DNA of 58,794 nucleotides from contig NW_014039984.1 of NCBI RefSeq assembly GCF_001186125.1, positions 1 through 58,794 of the forward strand. Reading direction: 5' to 3'. A program made the translations under genes and the position numbers. Of the stretch, positions 12,431 through 26,413 are shown piece by piece. Below the pieces are notes generated by a model. The model made no database searches and had not been told where the DNA came from. It was given only the letters and a program-made list of their open reading frames with translations. The DNA comes from Sphaeroforma arctica JP610 (Eukaryota). How positions within the stretch are numbered: position 1 is the stretch's first letter; each line of letters starts with the position of its first letter.

Positions 12431-15400
12431 ATGCTGCTGTCTATTCCCAGCAGAGCCGTGAGAGGGGTCTCTCGGCCATCCGTCAGCTATGCGGCGGTGC
12501 TCAACCGCTACTGTTCCACTGAATCGGCATATAGCAATAAGTATGTGTAGTTCCTTGGTACATATAGCAATAAGTAGGTACAATTTCTATTAGCGGTAAA
12601 TAGGTATACTTTGGATCAAATAGCGATAGGTATGTACAAAATTGGTTGTAAGTCTGAAGATACGTATGTGTATTGCCGGGTTTGTGACTGAAGTCACCGA
12701 TGTTGGACGAAGGACAGACATTCTCATTTGTGAGTGCAATAAAAATATATTGTGATATCTTAGATAGTCCTACTATTTACGGTCAGTATAGGCTAAGTAA
12801 ATACATTATTATATAGCTGCATAGAACGGTCGTTATAGCAACCAGCAGACAATTGAGCTCTTACTACTAAACAGTCCTGGGTGTTGTAAGCGGCATGGGT
12901 GTTTTATGACAGTTGCACCGCATTCTAACACCACCGCCACTTTGGACGTATAGTCGCTTTGGACGTATATGGCACCTAGTAATTTTCGGAATGGAAATGT
13001 TTCATGTGAGATTCCGTGTACTGTACTGAAATGCTAGCAGTGCATGCTGCAAATAAAGCTCCATGCTTTTATCAGTCACGTATAATAGTCTGTCCAAACT
13101 ATTATGAAATGTTGATGGCTTGTGCGCCTACTTACCACGAATAACAATTATCTCACCTTTAACTTTCTCTCGCCTAGGACAGGACCCAAAGTATTGCACA
13201 TTGCATTGATCCGCATTGATTCTCACGGCATCTCGTGGTTTACTTGAGCGCAATCAGATTACTAAAGTTGTACCACTACCTTTTTCCTATCTATTGAAGC
13301 TTGCTGAGTATTACAGCAGTAACACTCTTGCAGTTTGGCGTCGTTGTTGTTAAAGCAGTTTTTCTGGCTTGCTCGACAGGAGGTTAGAAGAACAACGCTT
13401 GACTCTACTCCTGTCTAGCTTGCTAACTAAGTATATTCTCTGCCCTTGCAAGCAACATGCATACATACTATTGACCCCACATACGTGCACATATGCACCA
13501 GAGACCTAGCTTGCTAGCTACTTATTCAACAACCTTATGACGGACACCGACATACTGATAGCGTAGGGTTTGCCGTTCGTTGATCAGTATATATAGACAG
13601 TCCGAGGGAACCACAGCGCAAACTAAGATGCCATAGCCGCCAGGCTTTGCTCACATCGACTCGCTCCGACTGGCGCATTCGCTTACTCACCTACCTACAC
13701 GCGCATGATAATATATATTTATATGTATATGTATATATACAAGTTTGGCTCGCCGTAGAATCTCTGGTGGCCAGCCGTTGCGGGGTTGCCACCTTAGTGC
13801 TAACACCCAGTAGCACTTTACGTACGCGCTTGATTACAAGCACACGACCACCTACGAAACACTCGGACTGTGTATACTATCTTGCAATACACACTGCATA
13901 TACTAACCTGTACACCCGCACTCAACTGCACCCCCTTTTCCAGGCCTCTCATCCAACCCATCAAGAAGCTTCTCGTGGCCAACCGTGGTGAGATTGCCAT
14001 CCGTGTGTACCGTGCTGCTAAGGAGATGGGCATCAGATCAGTAGGAATCTATTCGAACGAAGATGCAGGTCAGATGCACCGGCAGAAAGCCGATGAGAGC
14101 TACCTCGTGGGTGCTGGCATGAAGCCGGTAGACGCGTACTTGTCTGTGGAGGAGATCCTGCGAGTCGCCAAGAAGAACGGGGTGGACGCTATTCATCCTG
14201 GTGAGTGAATGCGGTGGTGTTTGTTTGTAGGTGCATATGTATTTCTTATGTATTTCGTATATTTATATATATTCATTTTCATATTTGTATTCATATATAC
14301 CGATATGGGCATGCTACCGGATGTGTACCTGTACTTACCATTGAGCGCGTTGCTAGGAACAACAAAGTCTTCGCTGACATACAGTGCTGCGCACAAATTT
14401 GTAAAGTTCTGATTCCATATTCAGCATCTGGGATCACTCAGGTATCTTTATCGACTCATCTCATTGCTATGTACCTTGTCTAGTAAAGGTGCGGTTCAAT
14501 GTACATGTGTATGGTGGAGGTTGATACAGACTTCTGTATGGATGTATACATTACAGCTCTAGATATAGACTATAGACTACAGCAGTACTATTTCATGTGC
14601 AAGTACTCGAGTACTCATTCGATCAGAGGTGTGTGACGCGTTTGCGGAAAGTCATTGTGTTTTAGGTATATAGTATGATGTATATAATAGGTAGTATGAT
14701 ATATATATAAACGATATATGATAGATATGTATAGTATACTATCTGGCATGACTTTGGAGTGTTTGTGTTTGTCGCGTGAGTTCCTTCTTTCCATCCAATG
14801 TGTTCCATCGTTCATACAAGTATAATCACGATGCTAAACAGACCAGGTGTGTGCAATACAATCTTCTATTATTACTCTCAATAGATCTGGGACTTAGTTG
14901 TATGGGTACTGTAGAATGCCCTATACCTCGCGCGATATACGCAATTACATTACGTTTTTCCTTTGGAGAATGGACATATGTTAAACAGGCAAGTGGTAAT
15001 CAATGGCAACAGACAGTACGTTTAGTACACCTTAATTGCCCACTAACTCCTACAACATTGCAATCCATCGCATTCGGGATTCGTTTCCATTCCGAGAGTG
15101 CCGATGTTATGTCATGAAACCAGTCCAAACCGAATACTGCTTATTTTTTCTCGAAACTAACTCGCAAAACGTTACATTTTAAAACGTATTCAGGATACGG
15201 GTTTCTCTCCGAGCGTGCCGATGTGGCACAGGCGGTACAAGATGCGGGTATCACTTGGATTGGCCCGGCCCCTTCTGTAGTTGATCGTATGGGAAACAAA
15301 ACACTCGCGCGTCAACTGGCCAAGGATGCCAAGGTGCCTGTGGTGCCTGGTACTGACGGAGCCATTAATACAGCCGAAGAGGCTACTTCTTTCTGTTCTG

Positions 15401-18400
15401 GTACGTAGTTAAGGGTTGGCTTCGCATGTATATGTATATAGGTATAGATTAGTCTAAACCTCTAAACCAATATAGGTGTAGATTGGACTCTAGCGTTTGG
15501 ATGTGTACGTATGTAAATGGGCGTATGATGTCCCGGATGTGACAGTTACTTGTCACTTTATGTTCGTTTCAAAGAAAGACATCATGGATTTCAATATACC
15601 ATTGACACGCATAGCCTTCTAAAGGAGATAGAACACACAAAGCCCCCTGAAAAGGAGAGATAGGATGCTACGGAACACATCCTAGACGGAAACCCTAAAT
15701 TGCACCGGCACCTTATACAGAGCACGGATTCCCCATCATCCTCAAGGCTGCGTACGGCGGGGGTGGCCGAGGAATGCGTATTGTGCGTAACATGGCTGAG
15801 TTAGACGAGAACTTCGCTCGGGCTACCAGTGAAGCCTTGAGCGCCTTCGGAAACGGGGCCATGTTTATCGAGCGTTATCTGGAGAATCCCCGACATATCG
15901 AGGTGCAGATCTTGGCTGATCACCATGGCAACGTGATGCACCTGTTTGAGCGCGATTGCTCCGTACAGCGCCGCCACCAGAAGGTCGTGGAGATTGCGCC
16001 CGCGCCTAATTTGGATGAGAAGGTAGGTATATGTTTAGGACCACTATCGTACATTTCGGTGCCGAGTATTAATGTGGCACGCTTATCATCTGTGCGGTTG
16101 TAAGGATGAAAGTATTTCAGATCTGGAGATACTTATGCTGAATGCGTGCCTTCTACACACATACCGTGTGTGTTCGCGTAGTATACCTACAGCTCGCACT
16201 TAGCTAGTGAACTCTGATAGTGAATACGTTGGGTAATCAACCATATACATACATCTCACACTCATTTATTGGACCCGATGTAGGCCTCATGCAATAACTA
16301 CTACTCGCGCCTATCTATTGATCCGATCTCCAACCCAACGCGACTAATCTTGTTATGCCCACAGCTTCATACATATACAACTTACATATCACAATCACAT
16401 CAAACCCCCATATATCAACAACGTTGTAGATTCGTGCAGCTCTGACCGCTGATGCCGTACGCCTGTGCCAACATGCTGGTTACGGTAACGCTGGTACAGT
16501 TGAGTTTCTGGTAGACGAGGATGGTAGTCACTACTTTATTGAAGTCAATGCCCGTTTGCAGGTCGAGCACACTGTCACGGAGGAGGTACGTAAGCTGTGT
16601 GCATCAAGCGGATTTCTATCTATGTGTATATGTGCGTGGGTGGATAGGGTATGTAGATATGCATTGCGCAAGCGTCTGCATTTTTGCGCAAGCTGCATCT
16701 TAGTGCTGTGTATATTTAGCGTCCTAGTTAGACGACGATGGTAGCCATTTATCGAAGTCAGTGCTCGTTTCCAAGTCGAACATACCGCCTCGGAAGAGGT
16801 GCGGATGCTTGATATATGAAGCCAATATTTTATTATTATCGTCTACAACCCTATGTATTCATATGCATATGGTTTAAATGTTATGTACTTGAAGCGATTT
16901 TTTTTTTCCATGTTGCACTGTACACACACACTGTCAGTGCATCGTCCATTTATCCATGTGTATATACGCACCATCTCTCTCATTCATCTCCTCTTTCCCC
17001 CCCTCCACACCCCCACCAACACACACACACACATCCTACATAGGTAACTGGCGTAGATCTGGTACAATCCCAGCTGCGCGTGGCTCAAGGTGAGACTCTC
17101 GAGCAACTGGGCCTTAGTCAAGAAAAAATGCGACTGTTGGGTGCTGCTATCCAATGCCGTGTGACCACCGAGGACCCGCAGAACGGTTTCCAACCTGATA
17201 CAGGGCGTCTGGAAGTATTCCGCACTGGGGAAGGCATGGGTATCCGTCTCGATGCCGGTTCAGGTATGGTCATGGTAGCACGACTCGAGGGCTTATTTGT
17301 ATTCACATGAGGATATGATGGAAGTATGGATCAGTAAAGATGGGTAAGATGTGTATTTAGGAATTTGGTACGAGTGTTAAGGGTGCATGTAGTGTTTGTT
17401 TGCCTGTTGTTTGTCTGCTGTGGTGGTGTGTCGGAAGTGTTCAGCGCTGGCGACGGTATGGGTATCCGCCTCAATGCCTCAATGGTGAAGGTATTTTCCT
17501 ATGGTAGGAGATAGATTATGTGTATATATGTGAAATTTCAGACTTGGATTTTAGTTATCTGTACTTGATATTTAAAGCTTGGATTATGTATATGTACTTG
17601 GTAATCAGTTAATGGATTCTGAGTGCTGTGAACTTTGCAAACGTGGTGCGGTATCTCTGTAGAGTTTTGTCTATTGTTTTCCCATAGAGTTTTTCTGGAA
17701 GTGTTCCTACTGATTATGATTTGGGTATTTGCCCCGGCGCTAGTTCAGAGGTATTGATCATGACACATGTGTACCTGGTGATCCGTTTATATATATTTTT
17801 ACATCGTTTTTGTATCGAGCTATAACACATCCGGTCGAGTGCGTTGCATCAACATAACCAGGCAACCCACATATTGACAATACACTCTAACATACATCAA
17901 ATATATATTATATACATAGATTCTGATTCTTTCATTCCAAATTTATCGCCAAATGCAGGTTTCGCCGGTGCCAAAATCAGCCCGTACTATGATTCGCTAC
18001 TGGTCAAGGTCACTGGACGCGCACTGACACACCAGATGGCGTGTGCCAAGCTGGAGCGTGCACTCGATGAATTCCGCGTGCGAGGGGTTAAGACTAACAT
18101 CCCGTTCCTGCTCAATGTGCTCAAAGACAACGACTTTGTGAACGGCGCCGTGACTACCCGTTTCATCGAGAACAAGCCTGAGTTGCTCAAGGTATGGCTG
18201 TTGCTGTGGTTGTGCTGATGTACTATCTCCTGCACGCGTGATTCTGAGTACTTACAAGTGTTTCCTCCAATTTGATGCTATGCATGTGATGTTAGATCCT
18301 TATTTGTAATTCGCAATTGATTGTGTACGTGTGATGTTGGAATCTTATCGTTAACTCCAATCCCTTCGCTATCACAGGTCAAGGCCGACGATCGCGCGCT

Positions 18401-21400
18401 TAAGCTGCTGCACTACTTGGCCGAGGTTAACTGTAACGGACCTATGACTCCCCTGGGCAACAAGGAGGCCAAGATGACCAAAGTACCGCCAGTCATTCCC
18501 AGCACCACCGGCAGACCCCCTAAGGGACTAAAGCGTATGTATGTGTGTATGGTTTGATGGGTAATTATCACCACCGACATTGAAGGCTGTGGCTGCGACC
18601 GCAACAAGACCGTTCTCACAAACATCGATTCCTTCAACCACGCAAACAAAATGACAAGCATGGACGCTACTTCGATCACATCGGTTAACCCAATGCACTT
18701 GCACACACTCGCACATCGTCACATCAAACCTTGTATCATCAACGTACACTCACAAACTACTAAATCGCAATGCAGAGCTCTAGATCTCGCAGACTAATTC
18801 ACACATGTCTAGCACTTATCGCAATGTACATGTGCACACACACACGGAAACTATCTTGAACCCACAATGTGACAAATCACGGAATCAATAAGTATGTATT
18901 GCTGCATTTCAATACGCACACATACACAGAAATCCTCGACAAAGAGGGTCCCGAGGGCTTCGCCAAGGCCGTTCGTGCGGATAAGAAGCTGTTGCTAATG
19001 GACACCACCATGCGTGATGCTCACCAGAGTCTTCTAGCCACACGTGTACGTACGCGTGATATCCTTAAGATTGCGCCATACACAGCCGAATCCATGAGCA
19101 ACCTATACTCACTCGAGAACTGGGGTGGTGCTACCTTTGATGTGGCCCTACGTTTCCTCAGGTGAGTTTAACGTAGATATATATATATCTAACTATATAC
19201 ACATAAATGCATATTTATATATAGAATACGACGACCGTCCTTAGCATCGACCACAGAGAATGTAAAGTTGAATTGCTAGTCACGATATATAGACATTCAG
19301 CCACCCTGACAACATCACAATACTATATGATACACATCTCATCAAATGTTGGCCTGTATTTTAAATGTACCCTTTTTCTCCTTGTCCATGGCATTGCATA
19401 GAGAGTGTCCTTGGGATCGACTCGACAGGATGCGTGAGTGTGTACCGAACATTCCGTTCCAGATGTTGCTGCGCGGGGCTAACGCTGTTGGATACACATC
19501 GTACCCTGACAATGTGGTTGAGAAGTTCTGTCGCATGTCTGTTGAGCATGGCATGGACATCTTCCGAGTCTTCGATTCCGTGAACTACCTACCTAACTTG
19601 CAGGTAAACATATATATTGTGCATGTCAGAGATGTGTGGTGATAATCACTCCCATTGTACGTATATGATGTTATATATCTGTCTGCGTGCGCTGTTTTTT
19701 CTTCTCCTCAGGATTCATGCATGTGTATGCAAATTAGTAGGCATTTGTATATGACTGCACACACGCGTAGCTTATTTACATTTGGATTCCGCAGCCAAGT
19801 ATATCGTGCCAGCCAGGTGCATACGCAGACTTATGCGTTCGGCACTGTAAAATAAGAATCCGCCTGTGCCCTACATACACACAAACACCCCAACGACACT
19901 ACTACATTACTAATTCGATCTTGTTGATTTGTATCTCGTTATGTGGGCTAATTTTATCTTGACATATGTAACTCACACAGCTTGGTGTGGATGCCGCTGG
20001 TGCTGCAGGAGGTGTGGTCGAAGGTGTTATGTCGTACACCGGAGATGTCTCAGACCCACACCGCTACAAGTACAACCTGGACTACTACATGCAACTGGCC
20101 ACTGATATTAAGAAGACTGGTGCTCACGTACTATGTGTCAAGGTATGGATATGGGACGCATATGTATTGTATGCGTGTTATATGATATATATATATATAT
20201 GTGTGTGTATGATATAAATATATGTGTGTTTTGTATATATATGTATGTGTGTATGATATAAATATATGTGTGTTTATATATATATATGTGTGTATGTGTT
20301 ATATATATGTGTGTGTGTATGTGTTATATATATCTATATATATGTGTGTGTGTGTGCGTTTGTGTTCTTCCATTAGTAGGCTTCGTTCTGTATAAGTAGT
20401 ATACTTGCACACACATCTCTTTTACATACTACCTTACTTATGCACCTATACGTTTCTGTACACCACTCAGGATATGGCTGGCCTGTTGAAGCCCGCCGCT
20501 GCCACTCTTTTGATCGGTTCTCTGCGCAAGGAGTTCCCTGACTGGCCAATTCACGTACACACTCACGACACCTCTGGTGCCGGTATGTATGTTTGGATAT
20601 CCGTCATTTGTGTCTTTACATGTATGTATAGGTGTTTGTTGGATAGTGCATATATATATATATATATCATGACTCGGTGAGTGACGCAACTAAATACCTG
20701 GCAGCTCTTCTCATACACTCCTCGACTCAGCAGTTTCGGCTGTGTTGGCTGTTGCATATCCCTATAAATCGCCCTCGACTCGCGTTGAACGCACTATTTT
20801 CTCACCCTGCCCAGTGCATTTTGAGGTCAACAGACTCATACCTTTCCACTATTTAACCAACCCGCATCCAATACTATTCAACACAATAGCCATACCTTTG
20901 CACTATCAAACCACTTCAAATCCAATATTATTCTACGCATCCTACTGCCCACAGGTACAACATACAATGCATACCTTCACACTATCAAACCACCCCAAAT
21001 TCATTACTATTCTACTACCCGCAGGCGTGGCGGCTATGCTGGCGGCGGCCCATGCTGGTGCTGATGTAGTCGACTGTGCGGTCGACTCTATGTCAGGCAT
21101 GACCTCACAGCCCTCAATGGGAGCCCTGGTGGCCTGTCTTCAGGGCACAGAACTAGACACCGAACTCGATCTGGAAAGAATCTCTAACATCGCGCTGTAT
21201 TGGGAACAGGTGCGTGTGTGTGTTTGCATACATTTAAGACCACAATGTTGCTGGTGGATTCTGTCTCGGGCTATTGTGTCTTTCTCGCTATATCTGTCGT
21301 ATGTATTATGTTTACAAAGGATCCATATGCATGCATTGTGATACATCATATATACACCATAGTTGATTGCATTGTAGTGTTTACCAATGTCTCTCTAACC

Positions 21401-24400
21401 TATCCGTCCTATGTCTTCTCATGACTCTCTGTGCATGCCACCTCTCCTTTCTACACACAGGTGCGTGGCCAATACGCGCCCTTCGAGGCCACACAGACCA
21501 TGAAGACCGGTAGTGCCGACGTATATCTGCACGAGATTCCCGGAGGACAGTACACCAACCTTCACTTCCAGGCCCATTCCCTGGGCTTGGCTCATCGCTG
21601 GAAGGAAATCACACATGTATGTGTTTCTATTTATATCTTCATTAATATATATATATATATATATAGAACAAGTATATATCAAGCTTGATTTCTGAATTCG
21701 CTACGTACTAAATCTCAAGTGCCGAAGCCTCAACCTTCTTATACATACTTGCCCATGCTCCTATATGATTCAGAGCACAGTAGCAGGCCTATTCATATCT
21801 ATATATATATATTTGTGTGTGTGTGTAAACATATGCAGCATTGCCCTTTTTCCACATGGACTTAACATATTTCTTGTCCTCCATAGGCTTATCGCGAGGC
21901 CAATCTGCTCTTCGGAGACATCCCCAAGGTCACCCCTTCGTCCAAGGTGGTTGGTGATTTGGCTCAGTTCATGGTACAGAACAACCTGAACGCAGAAGAT
22001 GTGATCATACAAGGGCGCGAGCTTTCCTTCCCCAAATCGGTGGTCGAGTTCTTCCAGGGTCAACTGGGTACGTCTTATAGTGCCATATACGTATGTTTAA
22101 TGCTATATACACGTATTTTTACTGCTGTATGTACGCCTTTTTTTATTTCTATATATACGTACCTCTGTTGCTTTATATACATACCTTTATTGCTATACAT
22201 CTCTATATTGCTATAAATATATACACGTATCTATATTGATATATACTCGTATTGTCATACACATCTTTGTTGCACCTATGTAAGTATTTTGTGTACGCAA
22301 GTATTTGGTACACCTGCGAGAGAGAGTATGTATCTGGTAGTACACTCGGTCAGGTATTTCCCCCTGAATCTTCAAACAAAGTATCAATATGTGGTTGGAT
22401 ATGTAGGTACAATCTTTTCTCCTAAACTTCAGCATACCCAGCCGTGCCTACATACACGCATCAAACACACACACATCAACAAATATATGCAATTTATCAC
22501 GTGCCACATCCTGGCGTACCACCACTCATTGCAGAATTTTATTACTCTTACCCCTCTCTCCTCGTCCTTGTTTCAAAATTAAATCGCATACACACACATA
22601 AACTATTTTCGCCCATTGACTGACATACGTACATTTTCGCATGCCAATCCAGGCGTTCCACCTGGAGGCTTCCCACAAGATCTGCAGAACAAGGTGCTGA
22701 AGGGCCTACCCTCGATCACCGGTCGTCCGGGCGAGTCAATGGCACCCTACGACTTCGAGAAGGCACAGGAAGACCTTCAGGCAGCACATCCCACCTTCGA
22801 AATCAAGGATACGGATGTTATGAGTCACGCACTATATCCTCAGGTATTGTCACGTTGCTTTTGAACGGGTATGATTGTGAATTTCATAGACATTTTGTGT
22901 TGAATAGTAAGTCCGGGATTGCAGTATGCGCTTTTAAGAAGGGAACAGATTTAAATTGCTTCACAAATACGAGCATGACGGGGGTTGTTTCGTTGACAAA
23001 TTGTAGATATAAATTTTAACCTTTCTGCTGAAGGAGAGGCATATGCAAGCACGTGTTAAACAATCTTAGTTCTCTGTACTGTATCTGATTGTCTGTACAT
23101 ACATATAATCGCACACAAACCTCAAAGCAACACCATGCTCACTCACATTCAATTTCAGGTATTCAATGAGTACGCTAGCTTCCGAAGCACTTACGGCAAC
23201 CTGACACCACTCCCCACACACAACTATCTCGGCGGCATGGATTTGGGCGAGACTGTGCACGTTGAGTTACGCAAGGGTTTCACCGTGCACATCTCCTATC
23301 TGGCTCAAGGAATGGTTGACACGTCTGGTATGTATGTATATTAATATATACATAAAATACCTTTTCAAGTTTTCTTCACTGTTGTGTTTAGTGAAATGAC
23401 TGCAGATATGTAAAACCCTGAGACTTTTGTGCCACAAGTACAAACTGTGTAGAATTCGTCGGACTGTATTGTTTGCTAGCTGTAATTTCATCTGTATTAA
23501 TGCATGTATTCTATGCGTATATCTCGACATCTTCGGTTTCGATGTCTATTTAGACCTTCGCTTGCATATCTGTATCCTTGGTGATACCCGCAGGTTACAT
23601 TGAGTGGATCATTTATTATCTTACGTACATATCTTTAATTCTAATTACAACCGTCGCTAATACCAGCTTTTCATATGCGCTTTCTTAATAATAATCACAG
23701 CTTCAAACAAATTGCTCATTGGAAATCTTACTCACATACTTATATTCTTGGTACTTGCCACAGGTTTCAAGGAGTTATTTTTCGAAGTCAACGGACAGCC
23801 CCGATCCCTATATGTTCAGGACAGACTTGAGGCAGCGTCTATGGGTCTCAAGCTCAGAGAGAAGGCCAACAAGGCTAACCAGGGAGAGGTTGGTGCACCA
23901 ATGCCAGGTATGTCACTATAGAGACTTGTATATATATATATATGCACGGCCCATTTGTGTTGTCACGACACATGGGAATGCAGTGTACTGTGTATTCGAT
24001 TAAATGCGCTAGTGTACACGTATAGGCCTCGTAGTACGATTTACGCTTTAGCATACCAATTCATCGAGATGTAGTGGATCATTGCATTATGTTCCACATA
24101 TTGTATGACCTAACTATTTGGCGACTTAAGTTTTTATCGGCTTGCTACAACACTTGCTTCGATCAGTCGCATGTAGGCAAGCCCTTTACTGGCTGTTCCT
24201 GATGTAGATCTCTCTTGCTCATAGTCCACTTCTACAGTTGATTAATGGAAGCACTGTTCACTGCCAGATTCCATTCTTGATGCACATGACACTTATCACT
24301 CGTGCTCACAACCTCCTTCTTCTGCAATTGTTCGATGCGTGCAGGAAACATCATCGGTGTCAAGGCCGCGGTAGGACAAAAGGTGAAGAAGGACGATGCT

Positions 24401-24538
24401 CTTGTCATTATGTCTGCCATGAAAATGGAGACAGTTGTGGGTGCACCCTGCAGCGGAACTGTTCAGAAGCTCTCCTGTGAGGTTGGAGACGACCTTGCTG
24501 GAGGCGATCTGCTTGTGGTCATCACCCCTGACGAGTAG
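12431..24538 (+). CDS. PC: Pyruvate carboxylase, mitochondrial precursor (~1189 aa, 19 exons)
   Basis: Exons 12431-12540, 13944-14200, 15194-15400, 15721-16022, 16430-16585, 17044-17263, 17959-18191, 18378-18534, 18930-19161, 19402-19603, 19981-20142, 20471-20582, 21025-21209, 21461-21616, 21887-22067, 22653-22843, 23159-23327, 23764-23907 and 24345-24538 (3570 nt, phases consistent). Motifs: [41 protein letters not shown] (biotin carboxylase); [36 protein letters not shown] (carboxyltransferase); SAMKMET (biotinylated Lys). Confidence 0.97.
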
Positions 24539-25274
24539 ATGGAAAGTGTTGTTATTGTTTATTATTTATCATCATAGGGTCTATACAGAGCTAACTTTGG
24601 CATAAGTGTATACCTAGAAAGTCACATACCCGGGATCGACATATCGAGTGGTGGTTGGCGAAAGACATGTTTGTGTACTGTGCCGTTTGTGGTACTGTTC
24701 AGACTTTCGCTGATGGTGATCTGCTGATATACTTCGTTACCCCTTCACGAGGAGTTGGGTAGTGGCATTATTATAGTTGGGTTCATACATAGCTATCAAC
24801 AGTGTGTGTATACCTGGAGAGACACACGCTCGGAATTGAAACATTAAATGAAAAGATTGAATACAACCAAAGTCTTGTGTGCGCACTTGTCTAAAATTCG
24901 AGATTGTATCTACCATAATGGTGGTGATCTGCTGACTGTTTGGCAAGTAGTTGATTAGCAATACTAATATTAAAGTTCTTACGGAGCCAAGCATTGCACA
25001 TCAATACATACAGATGTATTTGGGACGACGAATGCTCAAAGAAAATATTTCGAACACTTAAATTTACAAACTGTACGAACAATTTCTGACATAAATTTGT
25101 ATCAATCTAGTACAAGGGATATATTTCTTTTTGTATTGTACGCTGTTTGGGGTAATATTGGAATCATACAGAGAAAACAGTAGCATGTGCATACATAAAG
25201 CCTGGCTTGACGTATACCCGAGAATTTATAGATTACCAATTACTACGATAGTTGTATGGTGTTATTATGCGAGA

Positions 25275-25356
25275 ATATATCCATTAGTGCATTGGTTAAT
25301 GATATATCCATTAGTGCATTGGTTAATGATATATCCATTAGTGCATTGGTTAATGA
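25275..25356. repeat. 27-bp tandem repeat, 3 copies
   Basis: atatatccattagtgcattggttaatg three times. Confidence 0.92.
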
Positions 25357-26033
25357 CTATTTTTTCTCGTATTAGTTATCTTACAGAGAGCACACGTCGC
25401 TGGCTCTATCAAATGACAAACATCGATCGTTCGATGGCAGTCGTTACAATCTGAGGCAAAATACGAAGTGCATAATTTAATTTCGGACAGCAGCCGAAAA
25501 TATTATGAGCGAGTAATAGAATCGCAATGATGAACAATACCAGAATTTATTTCACGTCTACAATTGCAACGTAGAAAAAACTGCGAAGATTGACTAAGTT
25601 CTTGTAGCGTGATCAATACACCAAGATGCACGGATCCGTGATTCAAATGCGATCGACAGTCTACACCTTGCGCTGCGACTCATTCTTCAGGCTACGAGAA
25701 TGTCACAACTTCTTTTGGCAGGTGTGCTTGTGCGTGGGCGCCTCAGGATTACCACGAAGCATGTCGGACAGCGCGTGTTGCGTATGATAGGACCAGAGAC
25801 AGACTAGTTAGCATGTGGCAGGCATGGTAGTGGTAAAATCGAGTGTAACTGAGATGTCAATTCCCCCACCTTCAGTTCACCGGTCAGACCTCCATTCCAG
25901 GGTTGGTCGTCGGAGGATGGCAACCGGTGGATACCCATTCACTTACACAACAGATGTGCTTAGGAATATGCTCCTTTCCTGAGCTCATGCGCGCATCAGC
26001 TGTAGTGATCGGAGGCGTCGCCGGGCGCTCTAT

Positions 26034-26210
26034 AAGGACCAAGGCTACTAATAGACCAGTCAAGGTTATTAATGGACCAGTCAAGGTTATAATAGACCAG
26101 TCAAGGTTATCAATAGACCAGTCAAGGTTATCAATAGACCAGTCAAGGTTATCAATCGGCCAGTCAAAGCTACTAATAGACAAGCCAAGGCTACTAATAA
26201 ACCAGTCTAG
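26034..26210. repeat. ~21-bp minisatellite, about 8 copies, downstream of the BIR gene stop
   Basis: Units of aatagaccagtcaaggttatc. Confidence 0.92.
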
Positions 26211-26413
26211 ACTGGGGTAGGTAAATCTGCACTGTATCTCCACCTCAACGCCAAGCGTATAAATCGATTCCACAGAGATATGTCTACTGCTTGCTACGAT
26301 CCGAATCCATTGCTGTACCTTTACGATACTTTCGAAGTACAATTCGTACAGACTTCCATTTGCATTCGTCTGATGAATATACTAATTGCAGCCCAGTCGA
26401 TACAACGGTGCGC

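Noticed and set aside
25884..26342. 152-aa and 105-aa ORFs with heptad repeats (LDWSIDN / DQSRLSI)
   Set aside because: Produced by the 21-bp minisatellite; no independent coding evidence.
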